Below are positions 53,889 to 63,052 of a stretch of DNA of 64,000 nucleotides, one piece after another. The stretch lies in assembly GCA_965659115.1 (NCBI GenBank), contig CBFHUP010000005.1, positions 257 to 64,256 of the forward strand, in the 5' to 3' direction. The position numbers and the translations under genes are program-made. Source of the DNA: an uncultured Flavobacteriales bacterium. GTDB taxonomy: Bacteria; Bacteroidota; Bacteroidia; Flavobacteriales_D; Sanyastnellaceae. The notes under the pieces were generated by a model. It ran no database searches, was not told the origin of the DNA, and was given only the letters and a program-made list of their open reading frames with translations. Numbering within the stretch: position 1 is the first letter of the stretch; the number at the start of each line of letters is the position of its first letter.

Positions 53889-56513
53889 TTGGGTTCAATA
53901 GACGAACATCAGAACGCCCCTGCTGAAGCGGACCGGGCTGGCCAAACGGGCCAAGTATCTCGCAAAAGGTGGGGTATGAGGTTGGCCTTGGGTGTGGCTT
54001 TGATTTTGGCTTTAACGGCCGTGATTTGGTACCAAGCACGGGGCTTGGAATCGCGTCTTTTGGGGGCCATACAGCCGCATTTGACCACTGACGTTCAGGT
54101 TGGGACGGTGGCGATTACGGTATGGGATAGCTGGCCAAATGTGGAGGTCGTCTTGGGCAGTGTGCGCATTGAAGATGCGGTGAAAGCGGACCAAGATTTT
54201 GTGGAATTGCGCAACCTGGGTGTGGTGTTTGCTTGGTATCCGTTGCTTTTTGGTCGGCTCGAGGTGGCCGAGATCAAGGCAGAAGCGGGACACATTCATG
54301 TGCACCGTTATAAAGATGGGCGCGAGAACTGGCAGTTTTGGAAAAGTGAAGGGGGGGGCGATGCCGGGATTGATTGGACCGTGGAGTCGGTTGTGTTGAA
54401 TGGGGTGCAGTTGGAAGGGGAGTGGTGGTCGAGTGGCGGCTCTCAACCTGTGGTGTGGTCCGCCCTGTGTGCTTCGGCATCGCTGGAATTGAAGGCGGAT
54501 GATCAAGAATGGAACGTTGGTGGGGCGGTTGGATTGAAGGCGGCTGAATTGACGGCGTCTGGTGAACGGTGGCTCGACGTTGTGGACTTGAAGACCGATA
54601 TGAATTTAAAAGCGGGGGCGGGCCATGTGGAGGTGGTGCTTTCCGATGCTGAGGCGAAGAACAAGGATGGAGTGGTTGATTTTGGTGCGGTTATAGGCAG
54701 CGAAGGAGGATTCCAGTTGGCTTTGTTGTGCGAGGATGCCGATGGTGAGACACTGCTGTCATTGGTGCCGCCAGGCTTGACAGGTCGGATGCAGAACCTG
54801 CCGGTTATCGCAGGGAGGGCTGACGTAGAGGTGATGGTCGGTACAGCAGAGGCTTACAGCGATTGGACGGGCCCTCAAGAAGGAAAGTGGTCCAAAGCCT
54901 GGGCAGTGCGTCTGCAGCCGAAGTCTTTGGACCTTCGGTGGAAGGGGCTGCCGGCATCATTTAATGGTGGAACAGCAGTGGCCTATCCATTCAATGAGGG
55001 CTGGAGTTTGGCCTTCGAAGATGTTTTGGGCCGAGCGGCCGAAGGAGAGTTTCGTTGTTCAGGACGGTGGTTTTCCGAAAACGGGTCGGATGGTTTGGCC
55101 CTTCAGGGAGAATTGGTCGCCCGACCTGAGGGCATTTTGCCTTGGTTGGGCGATGGCTTGGAGTTGCCTCGGGGCTGGAAGCTGAAACCAGGAGGGGTGA
55201 TGCGGGCCCAATTCGATTTGGAATGTAACCGCGGCCCCCATGATCCGTGGTCTTGGTCCAGCGGCACGTTGGCTGCCACCGCTTCTGATGTGGGCATGGT
55301 GGTGACCTCGGACGGCACTGACATGGAGTTTCCTTTAGATGTTGGAGCGGTGCAGATCGATGCAAGCAAAGACGGATGGGAAGTGGCCTTGGGGGAGGTC
55401 GCCGGATGGGGTGTCCAAGGTGGTTTTGAGATCCGCCAGAAAGCTAAAGCCGACGAGGTTGAAGTGGCCGCATCTGTCTCCCAGTGTGATGTCACACAAC
55501 TCCTCGCCGCAGTCTCTAACATGCCGACAAACGGTGACCGTTCTGCGGCCAGTATGCCACTGATTCAGTGGTCAGCAGGCGTCGAGCAGTTAACTTGGGG
55601 GGCATTGAATGTGCGGTCTATTGAGGCCAAAGGGTCTTACAACGTAGACCGGCAAAAAGGGGTGTTGAGCGCACTCAACGCTCTTGCTTTTGATGGGGGC
55701 ATAGCCGCTTATGGCGGGTGGAACCTTCAAACTTTGGAGCTAAACGGGTCGGTTGTGGATGTGGATGTATCCTCCTTTTTGGAGGGCACTCAAGGCTTGG
55801 GTCAAAAGACCCTGTTGCCCTCTCATGTGCGCGGAAGGGCATGGGCAGAGGGTGTTTTAAACCACCATTTTGGCAAGACCGAAAACCTGGCTTGGGAGAC
55901 GGACTTGGATGTGAGGATTGAAGAGGGAGAACTCTTGGATTTTGGGCTGTTACAGCGGATACCAGAAACGCTCAAGGCAGAGGGTAAATACCGGTTTATT
56001 TCCGATGCTGAGGACCTCAGTAAGCGCCTGATGAGGGTGCGGTTTGAACCATTGGAAGCTCAGGTTTCCTTGAGCCGAGGGGTGTTCTCTTTGGAGCCCA
56101 CGGAGGTTGTTTCGGACGCCATGAATGTGGGCATTGCCGGGTGGCAGCGGCTGTCTGGAGGCATGGATTACACCTTAGATTTTGCCTTGCGTGATTTAAA
56201 GTCGGACCAAGAGGAGTTTGGGACCACGGCTGACGATGGTTTGGGCCACCGGTTTTTCTTGGCGATTGGAGGAACGCTGGACGCTCCTGAATTTGGATAC
56301 GACCGCTCTGCCCATAAGAGCCACAGGCAGGGTGAGAGACGCTCTGCTTTAGGCCGCTTACGGGGTTTGATCTTGGGGGAATCAGACCCGATCAGTGTTG
56401 ATTTAGGGCCACAAATAGAGACTGCTGTTCAGGATACTGCGGGAGATGAAAAGGCGCCCAAAAGCCCACCTCCATTGGATTTAGACGATGACGATGATGA
56501 TTTTTCGCCGTGA
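53889..56513 (+). CDS. AsmA-family outer-membrane biogenesis protein with a poly-Asp C-terminus
   Basis: It has an N-terminal anchor (MRLALGVALILALTAVIWY) and then a long beta-rich periplasmic region. The C-terminal AsmA-like region ends in DLDDDDDDFSP. The start may be the Met at 53976. Confidence 0.7.
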   Translation: MGSIDEHQNAPAEADRAGQTGQVSRKRWGMRLALGVALILALTAVIWYQARGLESRLLGAIQPHLTTDVQVGTVAITVWDSWPNVEVVLGSVRIEDAVKADQDFVELRNLGVVFAWYPLLFGRLEVAEIKAEAGHIHVHRYKDGRENWQFWKSEGGGDAGIDWTVESVVLNGVQLEGEWWSSGGSQPVVWSALCASASLELKADDQEWNVGGAVGLKAAELTASGERWLDVVDLKTDMNLKAGAGHVEVVLSDAEAKNKDGVVDFGAVIGSEGGFQLALLCEDADGETLLSLVPPGLTGRMQNLPVIAGRADVEVMVGTAEAYSDWTGPQEGKWSKAWAVRLQPKSLDLRWKGLPASFNGGTAVAYPFNEGWSLAFEDVLGRAAEGEFRCSGRWFSENGSDGLALQGELVARPEGILPWLGDGLELPRGWKLKPGGVMRAQFDLECNRGPHDPWSWSSGTLAATASDVGMVVTSDGTDMEFPLDVGAVQIDASKDGWEVALGEVAGWGVQGGFEIRQKAKADEVEVAASVSQCDVTQLLAAVSNMPTNGDRSAASMPLIQWSAGVEQLTWGALNVRSIEAKGSYNVDRQKGVLSALNALAFDGGIAAYGGWNLQTLELNGSVVDVDVSSFLEGTQGLGQKTLLPSHVRGRAWAEGVLNHHFGKTENLAWETDLDVRIEEGELLDFGLLQRIPETLKAEGKYRFISDAEDLSKRLMRVRFEPLEAQVSLSRGVFSLEPTEVVSDAMNVGIAGWQRLSGGMDYTLDFALRDLKSDQEEFGTTADDGLGHRFFLAIGGTLDAPEFGYDRSAHKSHRQGERRSALGRLRGLILGESDPISVDLGPQIETAVQDTAGDEKAPKSPPPLDLDDDDDDFSP

Positions 56514-56645
56514 AAAATGAGACCAATCAAAGTTGTTATCGGTCGAACGTTAATATTTCCTATCTTAGCACTCCTCGTGACAGTGGTTGATCCCACTCAC
56601 GAGACTTAACCAAATTTGATCCTGTCTTTATTGAAAGGTCATTGA

Positions 56646-56677
56646 AAAACGTCGGCTGCGGTCGACGTTTTCATTTT
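56646..56677 (+). terminator. Terminator-like hairpin in the asmA/kinase intergenic region
   Basis: The stem is AAAACGTCG-gctgcggt-CGACGTTTT (a perfect 9-bp stem), followed by CATTTTC. It lies about 130 nt downstream of the asmA stop. Confidence 0.45.
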
Positions 56678-56775
56678 CAAAAGGTTCAGTTTTTGAGCCC
56701 ACTGGGGTCAAGACGTGAAGAGGTGCCGAATACCTTGCCCATGGTTTTCTGCGTTTCACAACAGGCTCTACCACA

Positions 56776-58275
56776 GTGCAGATTAGAAATAAGCAATATT
56801 CGAGGGGACTGCTTCTGGTCGGCGCTACTGCGATTGTGGCCTTGACCTTGTGGTCGAGTGGACACATTGCCAAAACCCTCCGACAAGAGGAACAACGCAA
56901 GGTTGAATTGTGGTCTGAGGCCATTGTTCAGCGCGCCCAATTGGTGGGCTATACCGAAGACCTCTTTACTTCTTTGCGCAACGAAGAGAGGGACAAGGCT
57001 GACCTGATGGGAGAGGCTTACCGCATCATTCAAGAGGCGGATCCCGCTGCTCCCATTGATTTGACGTTCATTACCCGGTTCATCCAGGCCAACCGAACGA
57101 TTCCTGTTCTGGTGTACAAAGACAGTGTGTTGCAGGCCGACATCAATGTGGCTCCGTCGATGCAGTCTCCGATGCAACTGGACTCATTGAGGGACGCAAT
57201 GTCAGAACGGGGTTCTGTGATCGAATTTGACCAGGGTCTGACCCTGTTTTATGATCAGAGTAACCGGTTTCGTGACCTGCAAACTGTGATGGATGATATC
57301 ATCCACTCGTTCATTTCTGAAACGGTACTGAATTCGGCATCGATACCGGTTTTGCTCGCGGACTCCAATTTGTCCACGATTTTACGGGCAGACAGATTTG
57401 ACCAGGTCGACCTGTCAGACACCTTGGGTTTGATTGCCAAATTGATGGAGGTGAACCCGCCCATTGCATTGGACTTGCCTGATGCCGGGCGACGCTGGAT
57501 TCTGTATGATGAGTCCATCGTGTTGAAGCAATTGCGGTTTTTTCCTGTGGTTCAGCTTTTGATTATTGGTGGCTTTTTGCTTTTGGCTTACTCGACGTTC
57601 AGTGCCTTTCGCAGAAGCGAGCAAAACCGGGTTTGGGTGGGCATGGCCAAAGAGACGGCCCATCAATTGGGCACTCCATTGTCGGCATTGATGGCTTGGG
57701 TCGAAGTATTGCGCAGCGAAGGAGTGGATGAGTCCGTGCTGGATGAGTTGGGCAAGGACCTTGACCGTTTGCGAACCGTTACGGACAGGTTCTCCAAGAT
57801 TGGTTCGGAGCCTGAGTTGGCTCCAGGGGACCTTTGGGCTTTTGTTTCTGAAACCATGGTTTATCTGGAGCGCCGGATGCCAAGGGCTGTGACGTTTGAT
57901 GTGGAGTCTTCTGGCGGAGTGGTTTGGACGGCGTTCAATCCCGCTCTGTTTGGTTGGGTTTTGGAGAATCTGACCAAAAACGCTGTCGATGCCATGGAAG
58001 GCCATGGAAGCTTGAAGATGACGCTGGTCGTGGAGTCTGGCTTGGCGATTTTAGACATTCAGGACACGGGAAGAGGAATGAGTCGCAGTGTTCAGCGTCA
58101 AGTTTTTGACCCTGGTTTTAGCACGAAAACACGCGGTTGGGGACTAGGACTCAGTTTAGTACGTCGAATTGTTCGGGAATATCACGGGGGGCAAATTGTG
58201 GTTTTGCGAAGTGAAGAAGGGGTGGGAACAACCTTCCGTGTGACTTTGCCCTTGGTTTCGGCAGAAGTGGGCTAG
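56776..58275 (+). CDS. Membrane sensor histidine kinase, no adjacent response regulator
   Basis: It starts at a GTG and has two TM helices flanking a periplasmic domain of about 220 aa. The H-box is ETAHQLGTPLSALMAW, with NLTKNAVDAM, DTGRGM and GWGLGLSLV. Confidence 0.85.
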   Translation: MQIRNKQYSRGLLLVGATAIVALTLWSSGHIAKTLRQEEQRKVELWSEAIVQRAQLVGYTEDLFTSLRNEERDKADLMGEAYRIIQEADPAAPIDLTFITRFIQANRTIPVLVYKDSVLQADINVAPSMQSPMQLDSLRDAMSERGSVIEFDQGLTLFYDQSNRFRDLQTVMDDIIHSFISETVLNSASIPVLLADSNLSTILRADRFDQVDLSDTLGLIAKLMEVNPPIALDLPDAGRRWILYDESIVLKQLRFFPVVQLLIIGGFLLLAYSTFSAFRRSEQNRVWVGMAKETAHQLGTPLSALMAWVEVLRSEGVDESVLDELGKDLDRLRTVTDRFSKIGSEPELAPGDLWAFVSETMVYLERRMPRAVTFDVESSGGVVWTAFNPALFGWVLENLTKNAVDAMEGHGSLKMTLVVESGLAILDIQDTGRGMSRSVQRQVFDPGFSTKTRGWGLGLSLVRRIVREYHGGQIVVLRSEEGVGTTFRVTLPLVSAEVG

Positions 58276-58291
58276 ATTTGTCGTCCTCCTT

Positions 58292-58372
58292 GCCCGGATG
58301 GCGGAATTGGTAGACGCGCGCGACTCAAACTCGCGTTCCATTGGAGTGTGGGTTCGATTCCCACTCCGGGTA
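58292..58372 (+). tRNA. tRNA-Leu (anticodon CAA), type II with short variable arm
   Basis: The sequence is GCCCGGATGGCGGAATTGGTAGACGCGCGCGACTCAAACTCGCGTTCCATTGGAGTGTGGGTTCGATTCCCACTCCGGGTA. The D-arm is identical to typical bacterial tRNA-Leu. The anticodon loop is CTCAAAC and the T-loop is TTCGATT. The cloverleaf was checked by hand. Confidence 0.92.
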
Positions 58373-58386
58373 CAAATAGAGTTGTT

Positions 58387-58857
58387 ATGATTGATCCATC
58401 AGCAAAGGTTCATCCCCTCGCTTATATTGAGGACAACGTGACAATCGGAGCGGACACTCAAGTAGGTCCGTTTTGCATCGTGAGATCAGGCGCACGAATT
58501 GGTGCAAATTGCAAGTTCACAGCATATTGTGAGGTCCGAGCAAACGTGGTCATAGGTGACCGGGTTGGTTTTGGAAGTCGTTGCACAATCTCAGCCAATG
58601 CTAAGATCGGCGACGACGTTACCATTAAATACGCGTTTGTCCTGACAGACACGCCCAATCTGAAAGAAGGCGATCAAAAGACAGTCGGGTTGATTGGGTC
58701 GGGCACATTAATCGGGGCCAATGTGACCCTGATGCCGGGGTTTAACATTGGGCAGAATTGCATTATAGGAGCTTGTTCCCAGGTGCGCAGCGATGTTCCT
58801 GATGGCGAGGTTTGGTTTGGGTCTCCTGCCAAATTCTTCAAGCGCAACGAGGGTTGA
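58387..58857 (+). CDS. Hexapeptide-repeat (left-handed beta-helix) acyl/acetyltransferase
   Basis: Imperfect hexapeptide repeats are present: NVTIGADTQVGPFCIVRSGARIGANCKFTAYCEVRANVVIGDRVGFGSRCTISANAKIGDDV. The Met at 58387 avoids overlap with tRNA-Leu. Confidence 0.8.
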   Translation: MIDPSAKVHPLAYIEDNVTIGADTQVGPFCIVRSGARIGANCKFTAYCEVRANVVIGDRVGFGSRCTISANAKIGDDVTIKYAFVLTDTPNLKEGDQKTVGLIGSGTLIGANVTLMPGFNIGQNCIIGACSQVRSDVPDGEVWFGSPAKFFKRNEG

Positions 58858-58867
58858 CGCCAAGAGG

Positions 58868-59647
58868 TCAAGCGACCTTTCCCTTGAGGAAAATCAAAGA
58901 GATTGAATGTGGCTTGCGGCCACTGTTGACATGGTTCCTGTATACAGGTCGGTTTGAGATCTGGGTGGTGTTGTCCAACCAAAACACGGGGTCATGTATG
59001 TCGTTGCGAAAGACATGATCTTGCATGGCCAGGTGAACTCGGCCGCCCCTGGACTGCGGCTCTATGGCAGTCAGTATGCCTTTGAAGACAGGAATTCCGT
59101 CAATGTCTGGTCCTCTTAAATAGGCAAAAAAACCAACCACTCGGCCTGTGGCGTTTACAAGGACAGAACAGAGTCCCCCTCTAGACATGACGTCTTTGAT
59201 CCAGGTCGAGTACCACCGTGAAGGGGTGTCAGAAGGGAACCAAGGCGATTTGAACTTCGTGATGAGCATGGGGTTTTGGACCAGCTCCTTTTCGGTGAGG
59301 GACAGCACCGCCTCCAAGTCTTTTTCGTGGTAAGTCCGGACTTGGTGACCCTCTGGAATGGTTGCTGGTGCTGGGGGCAGTGCATTGGCCTCCACCCTGG
59401 TCAAAAACTGGAACTTGGAGTCACACAACCGAAAGCCCTCGTCTTCCAAAAGACGGGCATGTTCGATGCAAGTAGAGTCCACAACGGCCTCGCAAAGGGA
59501 AGAACTGGGGATGTTGCGCAATGCAATCAATGCACCGTTGATCCAGTCTGATTCTGTGAATCCGGCGGCAATTTTGAGCCGCCACAAGTCGCGTTTCAGG
59601 AAGTCAGATTCCCAAGGAAGCGCGTCCAATGTCCAAGTCGCTGACAC
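58868..59647 (-). CDS. WecD/RffC-like GNAT (dTDP-fucosamine acetyltransferase-like)
   Basis: By eye it aligns with E. coli WecD. LDALPWESDFL matches EPLTWENAFF, FKSPWFPSDTPSRWYSTWIKDVMSRG matches [25 protein letters not shown], and the C-terminal block is also similar. Confidence 0.65.
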   Translation of the reverse strand: MSATWTLDALPWESDFLKRDLWRLKIAAGFTESDWINGALIALRNIPSSSLCEAVVDSTCIEHARLLEDEGFRLCDSKFQFLTRVEANALPPAPATIPEGHQVRTYHEKDLEAVLSLTEKELVQNPMLITKFKSPWFPSDTPSRWYSTWIKDVMSRGGLCSVLVNATGRVVGFFAYLRGPDIDGIPVFKGILTAIEPQSRGGRVHLAMQDHVFRNDIHDPVFWLDNTTQISNRPVYRNHVNSGRKPHSISLIFLKGKVA

Positions 59648-59700
59648 AGGTTGAATTTACGTCACAGTTGCGCGGGTTGGTCTCGTGCTATTTTTGTTGG

Positions 59701-60843
59701 GTGCAAGACCTTGATTTGAAATTCAACCGTCCCGTGCTGGTGGGCCGCGAACGTGAATACGTGGAGGAGGCCTTGCAATCCACATGGATGTCAGGAGACG
59801 GTCATTTTAGTCGCCGGGTTCAGGGTTGGATGTCGGAAGAGTTGGGCCTAGAGGCCCTGCCCACTACGAGTTGCACGGATGCGTTGGAAATGACCGCACT
59901 TCTGGCCAATGTGGGGGCAGAAGATGAGGTGATCGTACCCAGTTTTACGTTTGTCTCTACTGCTTTGGCTTTTGCCATGAGGGGGTGTCGCTTGGTGTTT
60001 GCGGACAGTGACCCGAGGTTCCCGCATGTCGGATGGGCGCAAATTGAACCTTGTCTAACCCCTCAAACGAAAGTGGTGGTGGTGGTGGACTATGCCGGTT
60101 CTGGCCATGACTTGGACCTCATTGAGAAGGAATGTGCGAAGCGGGGACTGTTGTTGGTTGAGGATGCGGCGCAAGGCATTGGGGCAAGACACGGTCAAGA
60201 AAACCGACGTTTGGGCTCATTTGGTGACGCAGCGACCTTCAGTTTCCACGAAACCAAAAACTTGCATTGCGGTGAGGGTGGAGCTTTGATATTGAACCGA
60301 GCCGAATGGAAAGCCCGCGCTTCTGTTCTTTGGGAAAAAGGGACCAATAGGAAGGCTTTTTTCCAGGGATTGGTCGACAAGTATGGTTGGGTTGATTTGG
60401 GTTCCAGTTTTCTGCCCAATGAGATGACAATGGCGTTTTTGCTCGGACAATTGGAGCGGTTAGATGCTGTGAATGGGGAGCGCCTGGACCTGTGGAGCGC
60501 CTACAACAGGGCATTTTCTTCAATGGAAGAGGAGGGTCGGATCGTCCGACAGGTGCACCCGCCGAACGGAGACCACAATGGTCATATGTACTATGTTTTG
60601 CTGCCATCAATACAGGACCGAAGCCGGGTAATTTCTGCCCTGAAGAGCGAGGGAATTCACCCTGCATTTCATTACCAAAGTTTGCACCGGAGTCGGTTCA
60701 TTGAAGAGCGTCAACCAGGCACAAAGCCGCATTGTCCTGAGTCGGACAGGTTCAGCGACACTTTGCTGCGACTTCCGCTTCACTTGGGCATGAAGGCTTC
60801 TGATTGTGAACGCGTATCCGACGCTGTATACCGGGCATTGTGA
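59701..60843 (+). CDS. wecE: dTDP-4-amino-4,6-dideoxygalactose transaminase (WecE/RffA-like, DegT/DnrJ/EryC1 family)
   Basis: It is collinear with E. coli WecE through the blocks GDGHFSRRVQGWM, TSCTDALEMTALL, IVPSFTFVSTA, VEDAAQG, FSFHETKNLHCGEGGAL, EKGTNR and VDKYGWVDLGSSFL. The ORF opens at 59629; the GTG at 59701 gives the E. coli-like length, so the start is uncertain. Confidence 0.85.
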   Translation: MQDLDLKFNRPVLVGREREYVEEALQSTWMSGDGHFSRRVQGWMSEELGLEALPTTSCTDALEMTALLANVGAEDEVIVPSFTFVSTALAFAMRGCRLVFADSDPRFPHVGWAQIEPCLTPQTKVVVVVDYAGSGHDLDLIEKECAKRGLLLVEDAAQGIGARHGQENRRLGSFGDAATFSFHETKNLHCGEGGALILNRAEWKARASVLWEKGTNRKAFFQGLVDKYGWVDLGSSFLPNEMTMAFLLGQLERLDAVNGERLDLWSAYNRAFSSMEEEGRIVRQVHPPNGDHNGHMYYVLLPSIQDRSRVISALKSEGIHPAFHYQSLHRSRFIEERQPGTKPHCPESDRFSDTLLRLPLHLGMKASDCERVSDAVYRAL

Positions 60844-61991
60844 AGCTGAGGGTATTGCATTTGGCCCACGACCATGTGTCGGTTAGAAGGCTCAGGGCCC
60901 AGCTTCAACAGCGGCCAGGAGAGGATCACCAATGGGCAGTGGTAGGCGCTGTTGAGAAACGCAGTCTTGAAGACGGATGGACGTTGGACCGTAAAGAGGC
61001 CCTTCCTGATGAGGTGGTGAATGGCCAGTGGGATGCCATCGTGGTGCACAGAATGCGTTACCCTACTCCGAGGTGGCTGTTGTCCATGCCGGAAGGGCCC
61101 ATGGTGGTTTGGGCGACATGGGGCGATGACTACTACAGGGTGTTTCCGGCATTGAGCAGGGGAATTTATTTGCCGGCTACGCGGTTGCTGCTGGGAATGA
61201 TCGGGAAGTACAGCGTTTCCTTGTTGGACGGTATTCAACGGTTGCGTAACGCACTCTTGCCCCGCCAATGGATGGTCACACCGCGAGACATAGAACTGGC
61301 AGCGATGCGCCGTGTAGACGGCATTGCCAACATGTTTGAGTCTGAATTTATTGCCATTCCATACCTGCCAAAGAAGCCCGGATACTGTTATTCATCCTGG
61401 TACAATGCGGTGCCAGAGCACATTCCTCACATCGAAGCCAGTAGAGATGCAGAAGGCCCAATACTTTGCGGGACCAGTGCATCAACTACAGGAAATCATT
61501 TGGATTTTCTGTGGCGTCGTCGCCGTTTGCTCAGGTCCTCCGGCCGTCGGGTCCGCATGGTGTTGGCATATGGCAGCGGTCGTTATGCGAAAGCACTGAG
61601 GTTGCTGGGTAAGGTGTTGCTCAACGGGCAGTTGGAAGGGTTGCGTAAGCGGCTTTCTTTGGATGAGTACTATCGTTATTTGGCTGAGTGCACGGTTGTG
61701 GTTTACAATCAAATCCGAATTGAGAGTACAGGCAACGTGGTGCTGAGCTTCTTGATGGGACACCGCGTGTTGATGCGTCGGGAATCACACCTTTACAAGC
61801 GCTATTCTTCAATGGGGTTTGTCGTGGGTGATGCCTCCGCAAGGGAGTTGGACTTGAGCCCTCTGGGTGATGAGGACAGGCGCCACAATAGGGAGCTGGT
61901 GTTGCGCTCGTTTGGCGATGAGGCGGTCAACGCCCGGTTTGATGTTTTCATGGCAGACCTGCTCAATGTTGCGGGCCGGAACAAGACCTAA
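60840..61991 (+). CDS. WecF/RffT-like glycosyltransferase (GT56, TDP-Fuc4NAc:lipid-linked acceptor transferase-like)
   Basis: The GTG start overlaps the wecE stop (GTGA). It resembles E. coli WecF at the N-terminus (LRVLHLAHDH against IHVLGSDIPHH), at ILCGTSASTTGNHLDFL against ILVGNSGDRSNEHIAAL, and at LSLDEYYRYLAECTVVVYNQIRIESTGN against [28 protein letters not shown]. Confidence 0.7.
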   Translation: MKLRVLHLAHDHVSVRRLRAQLQQRPGEDHQWAVVGAVEKRSLEDGWTLDRKEALPDEVVNGQWDAIVVHRMRYPTPRWLLSMPEGPMVVWATWGDDYYRVFPALSRGIYLPATRLLLGMIGKYSVSLLDGIQRLRNALLPRQWMVTPRDIELAAMRRVDGIANMFESEFIAIPYLPKKPGYCYSSWYNAVPEHIPHIEASRDAEGPILCGTSASTTGNHLDFLWRRRRLLRSSGRRVRMVLAYGSGRYAKALRLLGKVLLNGQLEGLRKRLSLDEYYRYLAECTVVVYNQIRIESTGNVVLSFLMGHRVLMRRESHLYKRYSSMGFVVGDASARELDLSPLGDEDRRHNRELVLRSFGDEAVNARFDVFMADLLNVAGRNKT

Positions 61992-62021
61992 GTACAGCTC
62001 CTTGGTTGGAACCCTTGCGGT

Positions 62022-63041
62022 GTGCGGCTGTCTTGGTATTTGGGGCATCTTTACGGCATGGGTAGAGCATGGATTCTCGGTTTTTTTGCGTTTCAAATGG
62101 TTTCAGTTTGGGCCCAACCGGTATTGGATGCCCCCAACCCACCACCAAACGGTTTTGGAGGTGAAATCTTGGTCACGGAGTTTGTTGAGCCGACCTCAGG
62201 CAGTGACGAGGCCCAGAATTGGGACTTCAGCGACATGAGCGGGGTCGTGGTGAACAACATGGAGTTGACCCCCGCCTCGAGTTCTTTGTTCGCCCCGTCA
62301 TTTCCAGGTGCGCAATGGGTGGTTTCCTCCGGGGATCAGCTTTCGTTCTTGGACTACACGGAAGAAGGCACCACCGTGTTTGGCAATGCAAACTCAGCAA
62401 ATGGGGTGGTTTTGCCTTTTGCAGACCCCCTTGTCCAGTGGCCGTTTCCGGTGGAGTACGGGTTCACCCATGAGGATGAGTTTGGTGTAGAACAGATGTT
62501 GTTTGGCGAGCCTTATTCCCTGGATGGAAATGTGACGAGTACCTGCGACGCGTGGGGGTCCATAGTTCTTCCAAACGGGGTTGGTATTTCAGAGGTTTTG
62601 CGTGTGGACTACAATCAGTTTTATGTGGAGAGTTACGCAGGTGATACAACCCAATGGCTCTTGCATCAAGTGATTTATTTGGCCCCGGATTCAGTTTTGC
62701 CCGTTTTCTTTCATGAGGAGTTGACGGTGACAGACAATCAGGGAGAAGAACTGTTGAGCGCGTCAGATTTGGCATGGTATGACAACACGGTTTTGGGAGT
62801 CATTGAAGGGTCTGCCATGTATACTTCGGCCTGGCCCAATCCCATCCATCGTGGGTCTCTGTTGAACCTTTCTGGTGCAAGATTGGGCGCGCGTGTCATG
62901 GACCTGGGGGGAAGAACGGTTTGGACGTTCTCCGAAGGGCAAGAAGGGACCGTGCAGGTTTCTACGGATCAGTGGAGCAGTGGCCCATACCTCTATGTAC
63001 CCTTTGAAGGAGCGCACCCGATTCGCATTATTGTCCAATAA
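62022..63041 (+). CDS. Secreted protein of unknown function with a T9SS C-terminal sorting domain
   Basis: A signal peptide is present (GRAWILGFFAFQMVSVWAQP). The tail AWPNPIHRGSLLNLSG...MDLGGRTVW...GPYLYV...IRIIVQ is typical of the Por secretion tail. The start may be the Met at 62058. Confidence 0.7.
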   Translation: MRLSWYLGHLYGMGRAWILGFFAFQMVSVWAQPVLDAPNPPPNGFGGEILVTEFVEPTSGSDEAQNWDFSDMSGVVVNNMELTPASSSLFAPSFPGAQWVVSSGDQLSFLDYTEEGTTVFGNANSANGVVLPFADPLVQWPFPVEYGFTHEDEFGVEQMLFGEPYSLDGNVTSTCDAWGSIVLPNGVGISEVLRVDYNQFYVESYAGDTTQWLLHQVIYLAPDSVLPVFFHEELTVTDNQGEELLSASDLAWYDNTVLGVIEGSAMYTSAWPNPIHRGSLLNLSGARLGARVMDLGGRTVWTFSEGQEGTVQVSTDQWSSGPYLYVPFEGAHPIRIIVQ

Positions 63042-63052
63042 AATCAACTGCC

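Noticed and set aside
56565-56573. TTAGCACTC, an exact left half-site of the HrcA CIRCE operator.
   Set aside because: The expected right half (GAGTGCTAA after a 9-nt spacer) is absent; the sequence there is GTGGTTGAT. No chaperone gene is nearby, so this is most likely coincidence.
58292-63041. The idea that the region downstream of tRNA-Leu is an integrated genomic island.
   Set aside because: I found no integrase or other mobility gene, and no direct repeat of the tRNA 3' end downstream by eye. Only a mild compositional shift supports the idea, so it stays a hypothesis within the Fuc4NAc finding.
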